A stretch of DNA of 63,873 bases, filler included, from Octopus bimaculoides (lineage: Eukaryota), in the NCBI RefSeq assembly GCF_001194135.2. It is 5 parts of 5 records of this genome, joined end to end, with 100 filler letters (N's around TTAATTAATTAA, not from the genome) between each part and the next. Parts side by side here need not be neighbours in the genome. Positions count along the whole stretch, not along the records: positions 30,485 to 48,511 come from NC_068993.1; positions 48,612 to 61,533 come from NC_068982.1; 3 more parts are not named here. One strand, 5' to 3'. The translations under genes were made by a program, and so were the position numbers. Under the pieces are notes generated by a model. The model did not search any database. It was not told the origin of the DNA and was given only the letters and a program-made list of their open reading frames with translations. Positions within the stretch are counted from its first letter, which is position 1. Each line of letters opens with the position of its first letter. Below, in pieces: positions 38,388 to 50,169 of the stretch.

Positions 38388-38389
38388 AT

Positions 38390-38548
38390 AGGAGCAGGAG
38401 TGACTGTGTGGTATGAAGCTTGCTTCCCAACCACATGGTTCCCTGTTCAGTCCCACTGCACGCCAACTTCGGCAAGTGTCTTCTACTACATCCTCGGGCA
38501 GACTAAAGCTTTGTGAATGGATTTGGTAGACGCAAACTCAAAGAAGCC

Positions 38549-38555
<7 letters not shown>
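38390..38555 (+). mobile_element. SINE family A head
   Basis: GGAGTGACTGTGTGGTATGAAGCTTGCTTCCCAACCACATGG. Confidence 0.85.
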
Positions 38556-38588
<33 letters not shown>

Positions 38589-38749
38589 GTGTGGTGTCTG
38601 TGCATGCGCGTGCGTGTGCGTAAATATATATACGTACATATATATATTATTTATATTATATACATATGTATGGGAGAGTATTGTAATTCGCTTGAAGCAT
38701 TGTGTATTGTTTGTAAAGAATAAAATGTTTTGAATGACACCACAATGCA

Positions 38750-41700
38750 CTATAATACAAACAATGGGCACCGTTTCTCAGTACATCGTAAGATATACAC
38801 TATATTCCTAACCTTACAGTTAATCTGTGGGTTCATCCCGCATACAATACAATTGTTGTCCGTACATGGGAAACTATCGAAGGGATAAGTTCTACAGATC
38901 AGGGTTTTTATAGGGGCATCAAGCCTTTCTACTATTTTAATCCGTAAATTGGCCTTATTTAATGTGTTTCTGAAAAGGTATGGTAGTTTGCTGCCAGGAG
39001 TTGCATCAACAAATATGACACTCTTGTATTTTTTGTTGTCATACCTTGAATAGACATTATTTATCTTTTTTTCTGGTCCTTTCTGTGCTGTTCCAGGATG
39101 TACTGCCGTACAGCGGGCTGCTCCCCTTTGCATCACTCTCTATGATGGCTTTGTACTTAGCCTTGGCTCCTTTGTACACTCTAATCCTGTCCCTTTGTTT
39201 GTAGCCAGAGAACTGCATGCGGTGGATGAAGTGTTGTATTTGTCTTTCCAATTCCATAGGGTTGCACACGCGAGACAGATTCCTCATCATTCTCACCAAC
39301 TCTGCTATAACAATATTGAGCTTGGCGTTGTCTGCAATAGCTGTGTTGGACAAGGTATTTAGAGGCCATGGGTTTGGCATAATGGGAGTGAAGGATATTA
39401 TTGTTCTTGGTTTATAACCAAAGTTCCGTGTTTAAAACCGGTAGCCTATAGTTGGAGTGCTTGTTAGAGTAGTCTATCGTTACTTTGATACTCTGTTGGA
39501 TGGAGTTAGCTATTTGCAGGATGCTCTACTTAGTGTTAGCTTCGAGATAAACATTGTCTTGTAGTGAGAGTGGGCTTTGGCTACTATATTGATATCACCC
39601 ACATAGCGGAAGGACATGGTTAGGGTTATGGACTTCTCTGCTAATTTCTCTTTGAGTCTCTTATCCCACCAAACTATAAATATGTTAGCCACATCGCCAG
39701 CGATACTGACACCTATGGCAGTACTTTCCTCTTGGGCGCATGCGCGACCATCTTTTTAACCTGATCATCGTTTTGGAGGGGTACGTGTAGCACTGATGCA
39801 CTCGTTCGACCTCTCCCTAGGGGTTTTCCTACGCCATATGTCCGCGGGCAATTATGGAGTGAATTTGAGGGGTTATAAATCTAATATTCTCCTATCCTTG
39901 CTTAATACCTATTCCAATATGCTACTCATATTTGCACTCCATCTGCTTAGGAGATTGTTGTGTCCTAACATATGTGCTGCTTCTTTTAGTTTTCATATTT
40001 TCCAGTGGTGTTCTCTGTCTGTTATTTTAACTTCATCCTACAGGGATAGGTGGTCTCCATTTTTTCATACATGATCAGCTATACCCGATTTATTAATATC
40101 TCCTCGTGTCACAGCTTTGCGAAGTTTGTCTCCCCTTACTTTGAGGGGGCGACATGTTTCGCTTTTGTATAACCTATCACAGCCGCATGGGATGGAGTAC
40201 ACGCAGTCTTTTGTTATTTTCTCTTCCATTAGTGGTTTTATTCGAAGGAGATATTTGCGAAGTGTTGTATTACTCTTAAATACTGTCCTGATGTCATATG
40301 GGCCGCATATCTTTTGTATCTTTTCGGAGAGACCTTTTACATAGAGTAGACAGTCTGTCTACCCTATGTGAAAGGCCTCTCCAAAACGTCTCACTGATGT
40401 TCCTGTTACTGGGTCAGTGGTCGGCTTATTGTCCTTGCGGAGCCCATACAGTGCCGGGATGTCGTTACTAGTGGCCTGGAAGTTGTTGGTCATGCGCTAT
40501 TTTTCCCCTAGGATGTTTGACCACATTGAGGATCCTGTCTCTCTCCTCATACTCCCATACCGTTGTTTTCCTCATATTGGTGATGTGGGGTTGCATCGCT
40601 TGTATGTAGCTCGCCAGGCTCTCTATCGACATTATGCCGGACCTGTCCGTGGGAAAGCGCACAACTTCCCTATTTTTGAGCGCTGTTTGAGTTTACGCAG
40701 GCTACTTGCGGACTTCTTGTCGAGTTGCTGTGCTTCTCTACCACTCCGTCTTCTAATGTATTGTACTGCCTATGGTAAAGCGCGCTTGTATTTAGTCATT
40801 TGTCTGCTGAGGAATGCGAACTCTTTTGTTAAAGGGTAAATTTAACAAAAGGGTAAATGTTTTGTCGGATAAATACGACTCATATCGTATAATTTATCAC
40901 ATGGATGTGAAAAGGGTTAGCGTCGTTTATACCTGTCGTACTGCTTTCTATCCTATCATTTCTCAGGTTATCTCTTTGGCTGTGTTTGTTGTTGCTGTTA
41001 TTGGTGGTGGTGGTATTTCTATGTGAATTGCTGTTCTCAGTAATGTTTGTGTTGGTTTGCATATTTACATAGTTGTTTTCGTTATTGTCGTCGTTGTTGT
41101 TGTTGTTACCATATCCAATATTACCGTTATTCTTATGGTCGTCGTTGTTGATGTTACCATCTCCACTATTAATCTTATTGCTATTGTCTCCCGTTCTGCT
41201 GACCCTACCTTTCTCTTCATTTTCTTCACTGCTGGTACAATGGCTATTCTGGCCCCTAAGTTTGGTGTGCTTGCATCTTTATGTGTTTGTGTGTCCGTTC
41301 TTCTTTATGGTATCATTGTCGTTGTTATTGTTGTTCCTAGTGGCATCAATCTTCGGTATATTGACCTTCCTCTCACCCGCATCCCGCTCTCCGTTGCTGC
41401 TGGTATGTGCCCTTGACCCACACTTTAATTTTGTTCTTGTATATTTTGTGTTTGTGTGATGGTTGTTGTTGTTGCAGCCGTTTGCGAAGTTACCTTTCCT
41501 GTTGTTGCTGGCGCTGGTGTTTTGGTTGTTGTTATAGTCAATGTGTTCAGAGGTTTTATTATTGTTGTCGCTGTTGTTGTTTGTGTTGTTGCTGTGGTGG
41601 CCGTTTGTGTCGTTTTTTACTATGTTTATTCAGGTTCCAACGAAGTTTGTGAATGCTTTTTCTATCTCGGAGAGGGAACGTATTATATTTACCTCTCAGT

Positions 41701-42140
41701 ATACGGTAAACTTTGGTGGTAGTTGGAATATGGACTGTTCTTCTGAGTCGATTGTTGTATCTCCATAGATGTTCACTTTATTGTCCCTACAAAATTTGGC
41801 CGTTAGTGGGACGTCTGCCATATATATTCCATATATGTCTGGGTACTTCCGTTTTTCTTCCTGCTTGATTTTACATTTTACTTTACATCTAATTCGTGCG
41901 AATTTTTTGTTAAAGCGTTTATCGCATTATCGCACGATGCAAACGCTTTCTTGGTGTATGATGTCCATTAAATTTGTTTTCTCTGATGGTGTGGTGATGT
42001 ATGTCACCTCCTGTAGTAACACACGTTTGCGTTTTTCTAGTTGGCTTAAGTCTGTATAAATTCTCTTCTTAGTGATTAACAGTAGAGTTCTTTTTAGTCT
42101 TTCAGTCTGTCCCCTTGTTAGTTGTAGTTTTTCCACCTTG
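38750..42140 (-). mobile_element. Penelope-like element (outer copy), disrupted: N-terminus, Asn-rich linker, RT, truncated GIY-YIG
   Basis: IPALYGLRKDNK (RT start), TAIGVSIAGDVANIF...FRYVGD (YVDD equivalent), thumb RMQFSGY, SVIFVDATPGSKL, NCKVRNIVYILRC; stops and frameshifts. Confidence 0.85.
39745..40370 (-). mobile_element. Second Penelope-like element (3' end with GIY-YIG) nested in the first
   Basis: LLYVKGLSEKIQKICGPYDIRTVFKS...CVYSIPCGCDRLYKSET...KSGIADHV...KLKEAAHMLGH. Confidence 0.8.
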
Positions 42141-42490
42141 TTAGTGACCGTGTTAGTATACGTTCCGGAGATGACACGCAGCTATACGAAGTGAAGTTGT
42201 GTTGTGTTGATTTTAAGACAACAAAATATAGTGTTCTTCAACGTGTTGTTAGCCTGGCTGAGGTTCACGGAGTTACGTTTATGAATATGAATAATTCTAC
42301 TTAGAACAATAACACACACACATACACACATGTGCACACAGACATGTATACACAGACATGCATACACACACACACACTCACACAAACACAGGTGCATGCG
42401 CATATAAGGATACACGTTATAGAAGAATAATGTATATCCTTAATACTGAATGGAATAAGCAGAGCAAGAGCACACACGAAGACGAAAAGT

Positions 42491-42535
42491 GTGGCTGAAG
42501 ATGTCACAAATGTGTGACGAAAGATTTCCGGACAA
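42491..42535 (+). ncRNA. Degenerate hammerhead-like motif next to the Penelope 5' end, in opposite orientation
   Basis: CTGAAGA-T-GTCACA-aatg-TGTGAC-GAAA-GATTTC-CGGAC; perfect 6-bp stem II, weak stems I and III. Confidence 0.5.
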
Positions 42536-42641
42536 TACAATGGACATGAGTTAGAATATGAACAGTAATAAACGAACAAATATGTAGTGCATGTATTTAT
42601 TTGGCAAAAGAAAAAAAAAATGACCATCCCAAAATACAACA

Positions 42642-42677
<36 letters not shown>

Positions 42678-42765
42678 AAAATACACATTAAGTACAGGAC
42701 ACCACCAACGAGGGAAAAATACCAAAACACACACAATAAGTACAGAACAAAATATCAGAAGAAGA

Positions 42766-42798
<33 letters not shown>

Positions 42799-42849
42799 TC
42801 TCTATACAGTTATGTGTGTGTGTGTGTGTGTACGAGTGCTTATTGTTTT

Positions 42850-43735
42850 AAAGTAGTGCTATGGTGTTGGTAACTCGATGTCTAGCTTCTATTACTATGT
42901 CCGTCTGAATGTTAAGTCCCACAAAAACTTGTACTCCTTACTCTTTAGTACTTTACTAGGTTCATGTTCATACCACTTATCAGTATTCCTTCTTAGTTCT
43001 TCTGTCTATCTCGGTTAAATCAGATTTGATTCAATCTACAAAAGCTGCTGATTATCTAAGTAACGATACCGCCCGCGTATTTACAGCCTTCATTAGATTC
43101 GAACCATTTAGCTTTAATTTCATTAACTTCCTTACCCGTCTGATTTACTGCTTTTCAATTTTTGTTTAAATTTCTATAGTTAGTACGCTGTCAAATTCGA
43201 AAATACCTAAGTACTAGTAACACTCTCCTTCATTCAATGATGTTAATGCCTGGCCATCTGGTAATTGGATGCCTTCACTGTTGACTACCTTTCGCTTTTT
43301 CATGGCTAATATTATACATTTATCTATGCCAAATTCCATGCCTATATCTTTACTGAATAGTCTTACAGTTTGTATTAAAAAGAATTTACCTCTTTTTCAT
43401 TCTTACTAAAATCTTCAGATCATCCCTGTAGAGCAAGTGATTAATATTGCCTTTACCATTTCTGAACTCATACCCCGACTTTGCCTCCCTTAATTCTTAA
43501 ACTGAAGGGGACAAAACATAAGACAAATATTAAAGGGGATAACGCGTCTCCTTGAAAAATTCTCCCCTTGATATTAACATTCTCTAATTATGTTTCACCT
43601 GAGTAGAGATCTACTTTCTATTTATTCATGCTAAACTAATTAATTCTCTTACGTTGTCTATAATATTGAATATTCTCAAGCATTCACTTATCCATGAGTG
43701 TGTAATCAGGTCATAAGCTTTCTTATAATCTGTCT
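42850..43735 (-). mobile_element. R4/Dong-clade LINE RT fragment
   Basis: DYKKAYDLITHSWISEC, RIFQGDALSPLIF, IGMEFGIDKC, LNEGECY.YLG. Confidence 0.8.
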
Positions 43736-43799
43736 ATGTTATGGCTTTCTTCTTCTTCTTCTTCTTCTTCTTCTTCTTCTTCTTCTTCTTCTTCTTCTT

Positions 43800-43891
<92 letters not shown>

Positions 43892-43909
43892 AATCGTTGT
43901 TATTAAGTT

Positions 43910-44120
43910 GGTAAGCTGGCAGAATCGTTAACACGATAGTCAAAAAGCTTACCGGCATTTCGTCCGTCTTTATGTTCTGAGGTCAAATTCCTTCGAGGTC
44001 GACTTTGTCTTCCATCCTTTCAGGATCGATAAATTAAGTACCAGTGGAACACTGGGGTCGATGTCACCGACTAGTCTTCCTCCAAATTTCAGGCCTTGTG
44101 CCTATAGTAGAAAGGATTAT
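43910..44120 (+). mobile_element. SINE family B with (TTA)n tail
   Basis: GGTAAGCTGGCAGAATCGTTAAC...CAGGCCTTGTGCCTATAGTAGAAAGGATTATTATT. Confidence 0.85.
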
Positions 44121-44129
44121 TATTATTAT

Positions 44130-45000
44130 TGTTCAGTAGTTTTATTTTTATAACGTGCTTTCACTTCACTACCGAGCGCAGCTCTGTGTGCCTTGGGTAT
44201 GTGCTGTGGTTTGCTGTGATGCTCTTATGGTTACTGTATTGAAAGTGTTTTGCGTAGGATGTGTGCAGTGCTTAGTAGTGCAATTTTCTGTATGTTATAT
44301 ATATTTGTAAGTCCTGGTGTTTTTGTTATGTATTTTTCTGAATATTTTTTTGTTATACCTAAGGCNNNNNNNNNNNNNNNNNNNNNNNNNNNNNNNNNNN
44401 NNNNNNNNNNNNNNNNNNNNNNNNNNNNNNNNNNNNNNNNNNNNNNNNNNNNNNNNNNNNNNNNNNNNNNNNNNNNNNNNNNNNNNNNNNNNNNNNNNNN
44501 NNNNNNNNNNNNNNNNNNNNNNNNNNNNNNNNNNNNNNNNNNNNNNNNNNNNNNNNNNNNNNNNNNNNNNNNNNNNNNNNNNNNNNNNNNNNNNNNNNNN
44601 NNNNNNNNNNNNNNNNNNNNNNNNNNNNNNNNNNNNNNNNNNNNNNNNNNNNNNNNNNNNNNNNNNNNNNNNNNNNNNNNNNNNNNNNNNNNNNNNNNNN
44701 NNNNNNNNNNNNNNNNNNNNNNNNNNNNNNNNNNNNNNNNNNNNNNNNNNNNNNNNNNNNNNNNNNNNNNNNNNNNNNNNNNNNNNNNNNNNNNNNNNNN
44801 NNNNNNNNNNNNNNNNNNNNNNNNNNNNATAGGTCCCAGCTCTGTCGTGTCTGTGAATATATTCCTTCTTAGCCAGGACTGGGCAGCCAGATATAATATG
44901 ATTTATTGTTTCTTGTCCATCGCCACATATTCTGCAGTTACTTGTTATGTTTCTTTTCATTATATGTTTTTGGTAATTTCTGGTGGGGAGGCTTTGGTCT
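44130..45000 (-). mobile_element. R4/Dong LINE 3' end (CCHC knuckle and REL endonuclease end), spanning a gap
   Basis: CRICGDGQETINHIISGC...RHD and IQKIALLSTAHILRKTLSI; flanked by (TAA)n. Confidence 0.85.
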
Positions 45001-45066
45001 TGTGCAGCAATTAAAAATCCTTCAGTCTCTGCTTTGAGTCTATTATTATTATTATTATTATTATTA

Positions 45067-45119
<53 letters not shown>

Positions 45120-45278
45120 TGATGAAAACTCTCAGATTATTTTGCTGGATATGATGGAAAGTGTCAGCTATCCACAGCCAACTGACTAAAGTAACACTTG
45201 TTTACTGGTCATGCTTCAAGAACCCTGCGGAAATTACTTGCAGTTCCAAGTATGTTCTTTTTTTTATCATCATCATCA

Positions 45279-45344
<66 letters not shown>

Positions 45345-45345
<1 letters not shown>

Positions 45346-47460
45346 GAAAGATTCTAGGATAGTTCTTAATCACCGGTTATTCTTTACTTGAAAGCAGGCA
45401 ATAACAAATCACCAAAGCTTTCAAGTAATGCCTTCCCCTGTGACTCAAAGAGACAATACACTCTTTAAAACGAGAGCTGTACACAACAATGCTGTCTTCT
45501 GGATCATCTTGAGCCTCGCAGCAGCTCCAATATTCTTAATATGTTTTTCAAAGCCCTTGGAAACTGCTTCTAATGCTCCAGTTACCACCGGTATCACCAT
45601 TACTTTCCTCATGTCCCATAACTTTCCTATCTCGTCCTGCAGTGGCTGGTATTTCTCAATCTTTTGTTTACTTACATTTCACCCTCGAAACGCCTGGTAT
45701 TGCAATATCTATTATCTTTACTTCTTTTTCATCTTTATGGATGAGTACGATATCTGGTCGTCTCGCCTCTATCACTTCGTTGCACTGCATGTTAAAATTT
45801 CAGAGTATTTTGTAATGTTCATTTTCCATTACTTCCCTTGGCTTGTGTTCACACCATTGATCGGCACTGTCAAGGTTTGCTTTACCGCACAATAGCCAGT
45901 GGACGTATCTGGCAACATTGTCGTGTCTCCTTTTGTATTCGCGTTCTGTGAGCTAACAGCATTCCCTAACAATATGGCTTGTACTTTCTCAGAGTACATC
46001 CTACACTGTGGCGAGTCTGAGCTGTTTTCTTTCATCTTGTATTCATTCATCTTATCTCTTTCAATGATACCCAGGTATTTATATCTTTCCTCTCTGATTT
46101 CCTGTATAGTTTCACCACTTTCCAGCTTGATCCTATGGCTTTTACTGACTTTCTCTCTTTTGAGAATCGTTACATGGCATTTCTCGACCCCAAATTCCAT
46201 GCCGATATCGTTTTTAGTCATCTGTACAGTTGCCGTCAAACTTTCATTTTCTTTCCCAGTCTTAGAGAATAGCTTTAAGTCATCCATAAACCACAGATTG
46301 TCTACTTTCATTCTGCATAGCATGCACCCCACACGCATCTTTCTTAAGTGACAGTATGCAGATAACAAATAGGAGAGGCGACACTGTCCCCTTGAAAGAT
46401 TCCTCTTTTGATATCGTGCCAAATTATCTCCCAATGCCGTGAGTTCGGTTCGCCACGTTGACATTGAGGTTTGTATTACCTTCAGGATATTGTGGGAGAC
46501 CTTACGGAGTTTAAGGCATTCAATAATCCACGAGTGTGGGACCATGTCATATGCTTTCCTGTTGTCCACCCATGCCATCGCTAAATTTTTGCGTCTCTTC
46601 TTGTAATCAGCCATGATAGTCTTATCATTTAGTAATTGATCCTTCGTTCTCCTGCTCTTACGTCTACAGCCTTTTTGTTCCACTTGTGGTAGGTCGTTCT
46701 CATCTAGGCACTTATAGACGCTGTTTGATATGATGCCTTTTATCAGTTTCCATATCAGTGGCAAACAAAATATTGGTTGGAAATGTTCATCCACATTTCC
46801 TTTACTTGGGTCCTTCTGGCATAGTGCTGTACATCCTTTTGTCATCCAGGCCCGTATTTGGATGTCACTACTCAGTATTTCGTCCATCTGTCTCGCAATT
46901 CTCCTGTGCAGAGCTGTCAATTTTTAAAGCCAAAAGTCCTAAGCCCCATCTGGGCCAGGCGCTTTCCAGTTAGGAATTTTCCTGCATTGATCTCTAGTCA
47001 CCTCCTCAGTTATTCCCAAATCCTCCTGCTGATACTCTCTTCTTTGAGTGTCTTTAATCACTCTGCTTCAGTTTCGTGTTGTTTCTGCTGAGACCATATA
47101 TTTAACCAGAATCATTTGCTTTCTTCAGCATCCGGCACGGCCTTTTCACCCTTTTCTTTCCCATCCAGTTCCTGATAGACTCGTTTCTATTTTGTTCGAA
47201 AAGTCTGTTTAATCTGTACTGCTCAATTCTCTGTTCATATCTCCTTAGTTTATGTGCTTTAGCTTTCAACCTCTGTTTTAATCCCTCGATCACAACATTG
47301 ATTCCATTTTTCTTCACCCTATACTACCTCTCTAGCTCAACATATTTCTCTCGTTGAACTTCATCTCTTTTTTTCCGTTCCATAATATTAATATATTTTC
47401 TGCTCTTGTTAATAGATTGCATTATTCTCTTTCTCCATCAAGGTTCCTTCAGGTTATGTT
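45345..47460 (-). mobile_element. 5'-truncated R4/Dong LINE with RT and REL endonuclease, internally deleted
   Basis: ORF 46920-45829: EQKGCRRKSRRTKDQLL, AWVDNRKAYDMVPHSW, FMDDLKL, YKYLGIIE; RPDIVLIHK and IQKTALL near the 3' end; (TAA)n on both sides. Confidence 0.9.
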
Positions 47461-47479
47461 GACATTATTATTATTATTA

Positions 47480-47564
<85 letters not shown>

Positions 47565-47565
<1 letters not shown>

Positions 47566-48066
47566 GAGTGAGAGAGCAGTACCTGCCATCAAAGTGACAC
47601 TGAGGTAAAATATACGAAGCCCAGCATACCCATAATGACTACCCGTCTCATAATTGTACTTTAGGCGCATGCATCACAACAATAAGTGCACGACATGGTA
47701 ATCGTAAGTAAAAATAAACTGCGCAGGTGGGGCCCAATTTGAATTTTGAGTAGTCCATCCCGCTCAAAAGATCTCTGAATAAGTTATTTTAGGATGTTGA
47801 ACGAAAAACACATGTTTCCTGAGGTGAATTATTCAAATCACAAAGGATTCCTATCAACACATGGCTATGATGCTCCCCCACTACTTCTGCTCGTGGTCAG
47901 AGATGCATATATCGTCAGCCACTAAGGAAGATGCTCAACTGTGGTATTGAGCAGAATATTTGAGGTAGCCCATCTTTTATACCGAAACAAAATATGTATA
48001 TGATAACACTTCCAATCAGTTAAGATTAGAAGCCATGAGAGCCAGAGCCTGGTACTGCAGCAGAGC

Positions 48067-48068
<2 letters not shown>
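47565..48068. mobile_element. ~500-bp non-coding interspersed-type element embedded in TAA repeats
   Basis: Complex sequence bounded on both sides by (TTA)n; no ORF; recalled as a common octopus repeat (unverified). Confidence 0.5.
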
Positions 48069-48097
<29 letters not shown>

Positions 48098-48511
48098 GTT
48101 CAGTAGTTTTATTTTTATAACGTGCTTTCACTTCACTACCGAGCGGAGCTCTGTGCGCCTTGGGTATGTGCTGTGGTTTGCTATTATTATAATTATAATA
48201 ATAATTATTATTATTATTTTATGTTTGACTTTTGTTTTGCATTTGTACAAGTTGGATCCAAGTCTCACCCAGAGACATCAAGAGACAACAAGTTAGAAGT
48301 TCATGTAGGTGTTATGCCTAGGGTACCATATATTTGGATAGGTACAGTTTTGTTCAAGTGAATGTTTAAGAAACCATAAGAAAATTATGTGTTTGCTTTA
48401 AAATTTGAGATCACATAGACAGTATTTTACGTAGGATATGGGCAGTTCCCATGAGCACTATCTTTTGAACTTCAGCCATTTTGGGGTTTCCTGGTATCTG
48501 AGCTAGGTAGT
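48098..48511 (-). mobile_element. Two further Dong-like 3' ends (48098-48182 and 48215-48511)
   Basis: 48098-48182 near-identical to 44130-44215; the second encodes MAEVQKIVLMGTAHILRKILSM. Confidence 0.8.
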
Positions 48512-48611
48512 NNNNNNNNNNNNNNNNNNNNNNNNNNNNNNNNNNNNNNNNNNNNTTAATTAATTAANNNNNNNNNNNNNNNNNNNNNNNNNNNNNNNNN
48601 NNNNNNNNNNN

Positions 48612-48740
48612 CAGTTCGGCAAAAGAACCGATAGAACAAGTACTAAGCATACAAAGAATAAATCCTGGGGTCAATTTGTTCGACTAAAGGTGGAGCATCA
48701 GTATGGCTGCAGTGAAATTATTGAAACAAGTAAAAAAATA
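48612..48740 (+). mobile_element. SINE family A, 3' portion
   Basis: CAGTTCGGCAAAAGAACCGATAGAACAAGTAC...GAAACAAGTAAAA. Confidence 0.75.
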
Positions 48741-49979
48741 AATGGATAAATAATTCACGAGGATATTAAATATCAGCAGGCATCTCATGAAATATTTTAC
48801 TCCACATTTATGCAAACAAGCAAGTAATCCGTAATTAGTAAATATGGTAGTATTGAGAAAAAATACCAACACAGTAACTTATCAGACAAACTATATATTA
48901 TCAAAATATGATGGTAAAACATACATACGAAAACAGAAACAACTAGAGAAATGGGCTGCCCTAAAATGGTGAGGTAGGAAGAAAGGATGTAATATGGAAA
49001 ACATAAACGCAAATACGTTATCAAAAGCAGCATTACTCGAATTTGGACATTTAAATTAATGACAAAATCTATGCTGTGGGGTAAATTAAGAGTCATTAGT
49101 ATGTAAAATAGACTATCAATAATAGAATTGTAGCATGTGGCAAGATATTGATCAACGACACATACGTCATAACTATGATACAGAATGGATAAATGGGAAG
49201 AAAATCTCTACTAGAATAATAATGATAACTAAAAGAGTTGAGCAGCATAATGATAACCCTATCACCATAGCAACTAGAAGACTACTACTATCGATAGAGT
49301 CCACAATTGATGATTAATGTATTTAACGACTATACATAAAGCCGTATCAACTGTATAAAAGAAAGTAATTATTGAATAAAGACTAAGATCAACAATCATC
49401 GGTCTACTAGACAATAAATAGCATATTAATATTCAAATCTGTACTGACACGAGCTTTACCTTCTTCCTTGTCTTCCTTTTCTGCATTTCTTTATCTCTCT
49501 GGCATGGTTCATTCACGTGATGTATATATTGCAATCTGTTTGTTTACGAACATTCACTAGAGATAGAGATTAACTCGAGGTTACTAGTTCTAGTTTTATA
49601 GTTTCAAGGTTATATTTGCTTAATTCCCAGAAATCAAAATAGAAAGTTACATAGCCATAACGAGTTCATCAATAATATATAAATCATTAGTATTTATACT
49701 ATCCAGCAGTGTATTCCCTCTGCTATTATGTTTAGTCATGAGTTCGTTGACAAATATATGGAAGCAGTTAACCTATACTTATGCATGCTACAGACACGCT
49801 ATAAATAATGTTCTATATGATTCATTCAATGCTACATATACAGAAGGCAATAATACTCTAATAGGGAATCTTTAAACTGTACATGAATTAACAAAAAGAA
49901 AATTCAGTTAAGACTTAAAACATCTGGACATTTACCACAGATTTGTCTTATTCCATCAGCTAAAAATTAAGACCTAGAG

Positions 49980-50169
49980 TAGTGGTTCCCAGCCTGGGGT
50001 CCGCAGATCCTAGGTGGTCCAGAAAGGTAGTACTAGGGGGTCTGTGAACTAAATTCAAAGTTTCATACATAAATATATGCATGAGGATAAGAATATTACA
50101 AGAGGTTCGTAGGAAAACTCATTTAAATTAAATGGTCGGGAACCATTGTGAAAAGGTTAGAAACCACTG
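49980..50169. mobile_element. hAT-type MITE with 8-bp target duplication
   Basis: TAGTGGTT...AACCACTG termini; flanks ACCTAGAG (49972-79) and ACCTAGAA (50170-77). Confidence 0.8.

Noticed and set aside
40165-40175. TATCACAGCC (miR-2 family 5' end)
   Set aside because: It is only a 10-nt match inside a Penelope coding fragment, with no precursor hairpin.
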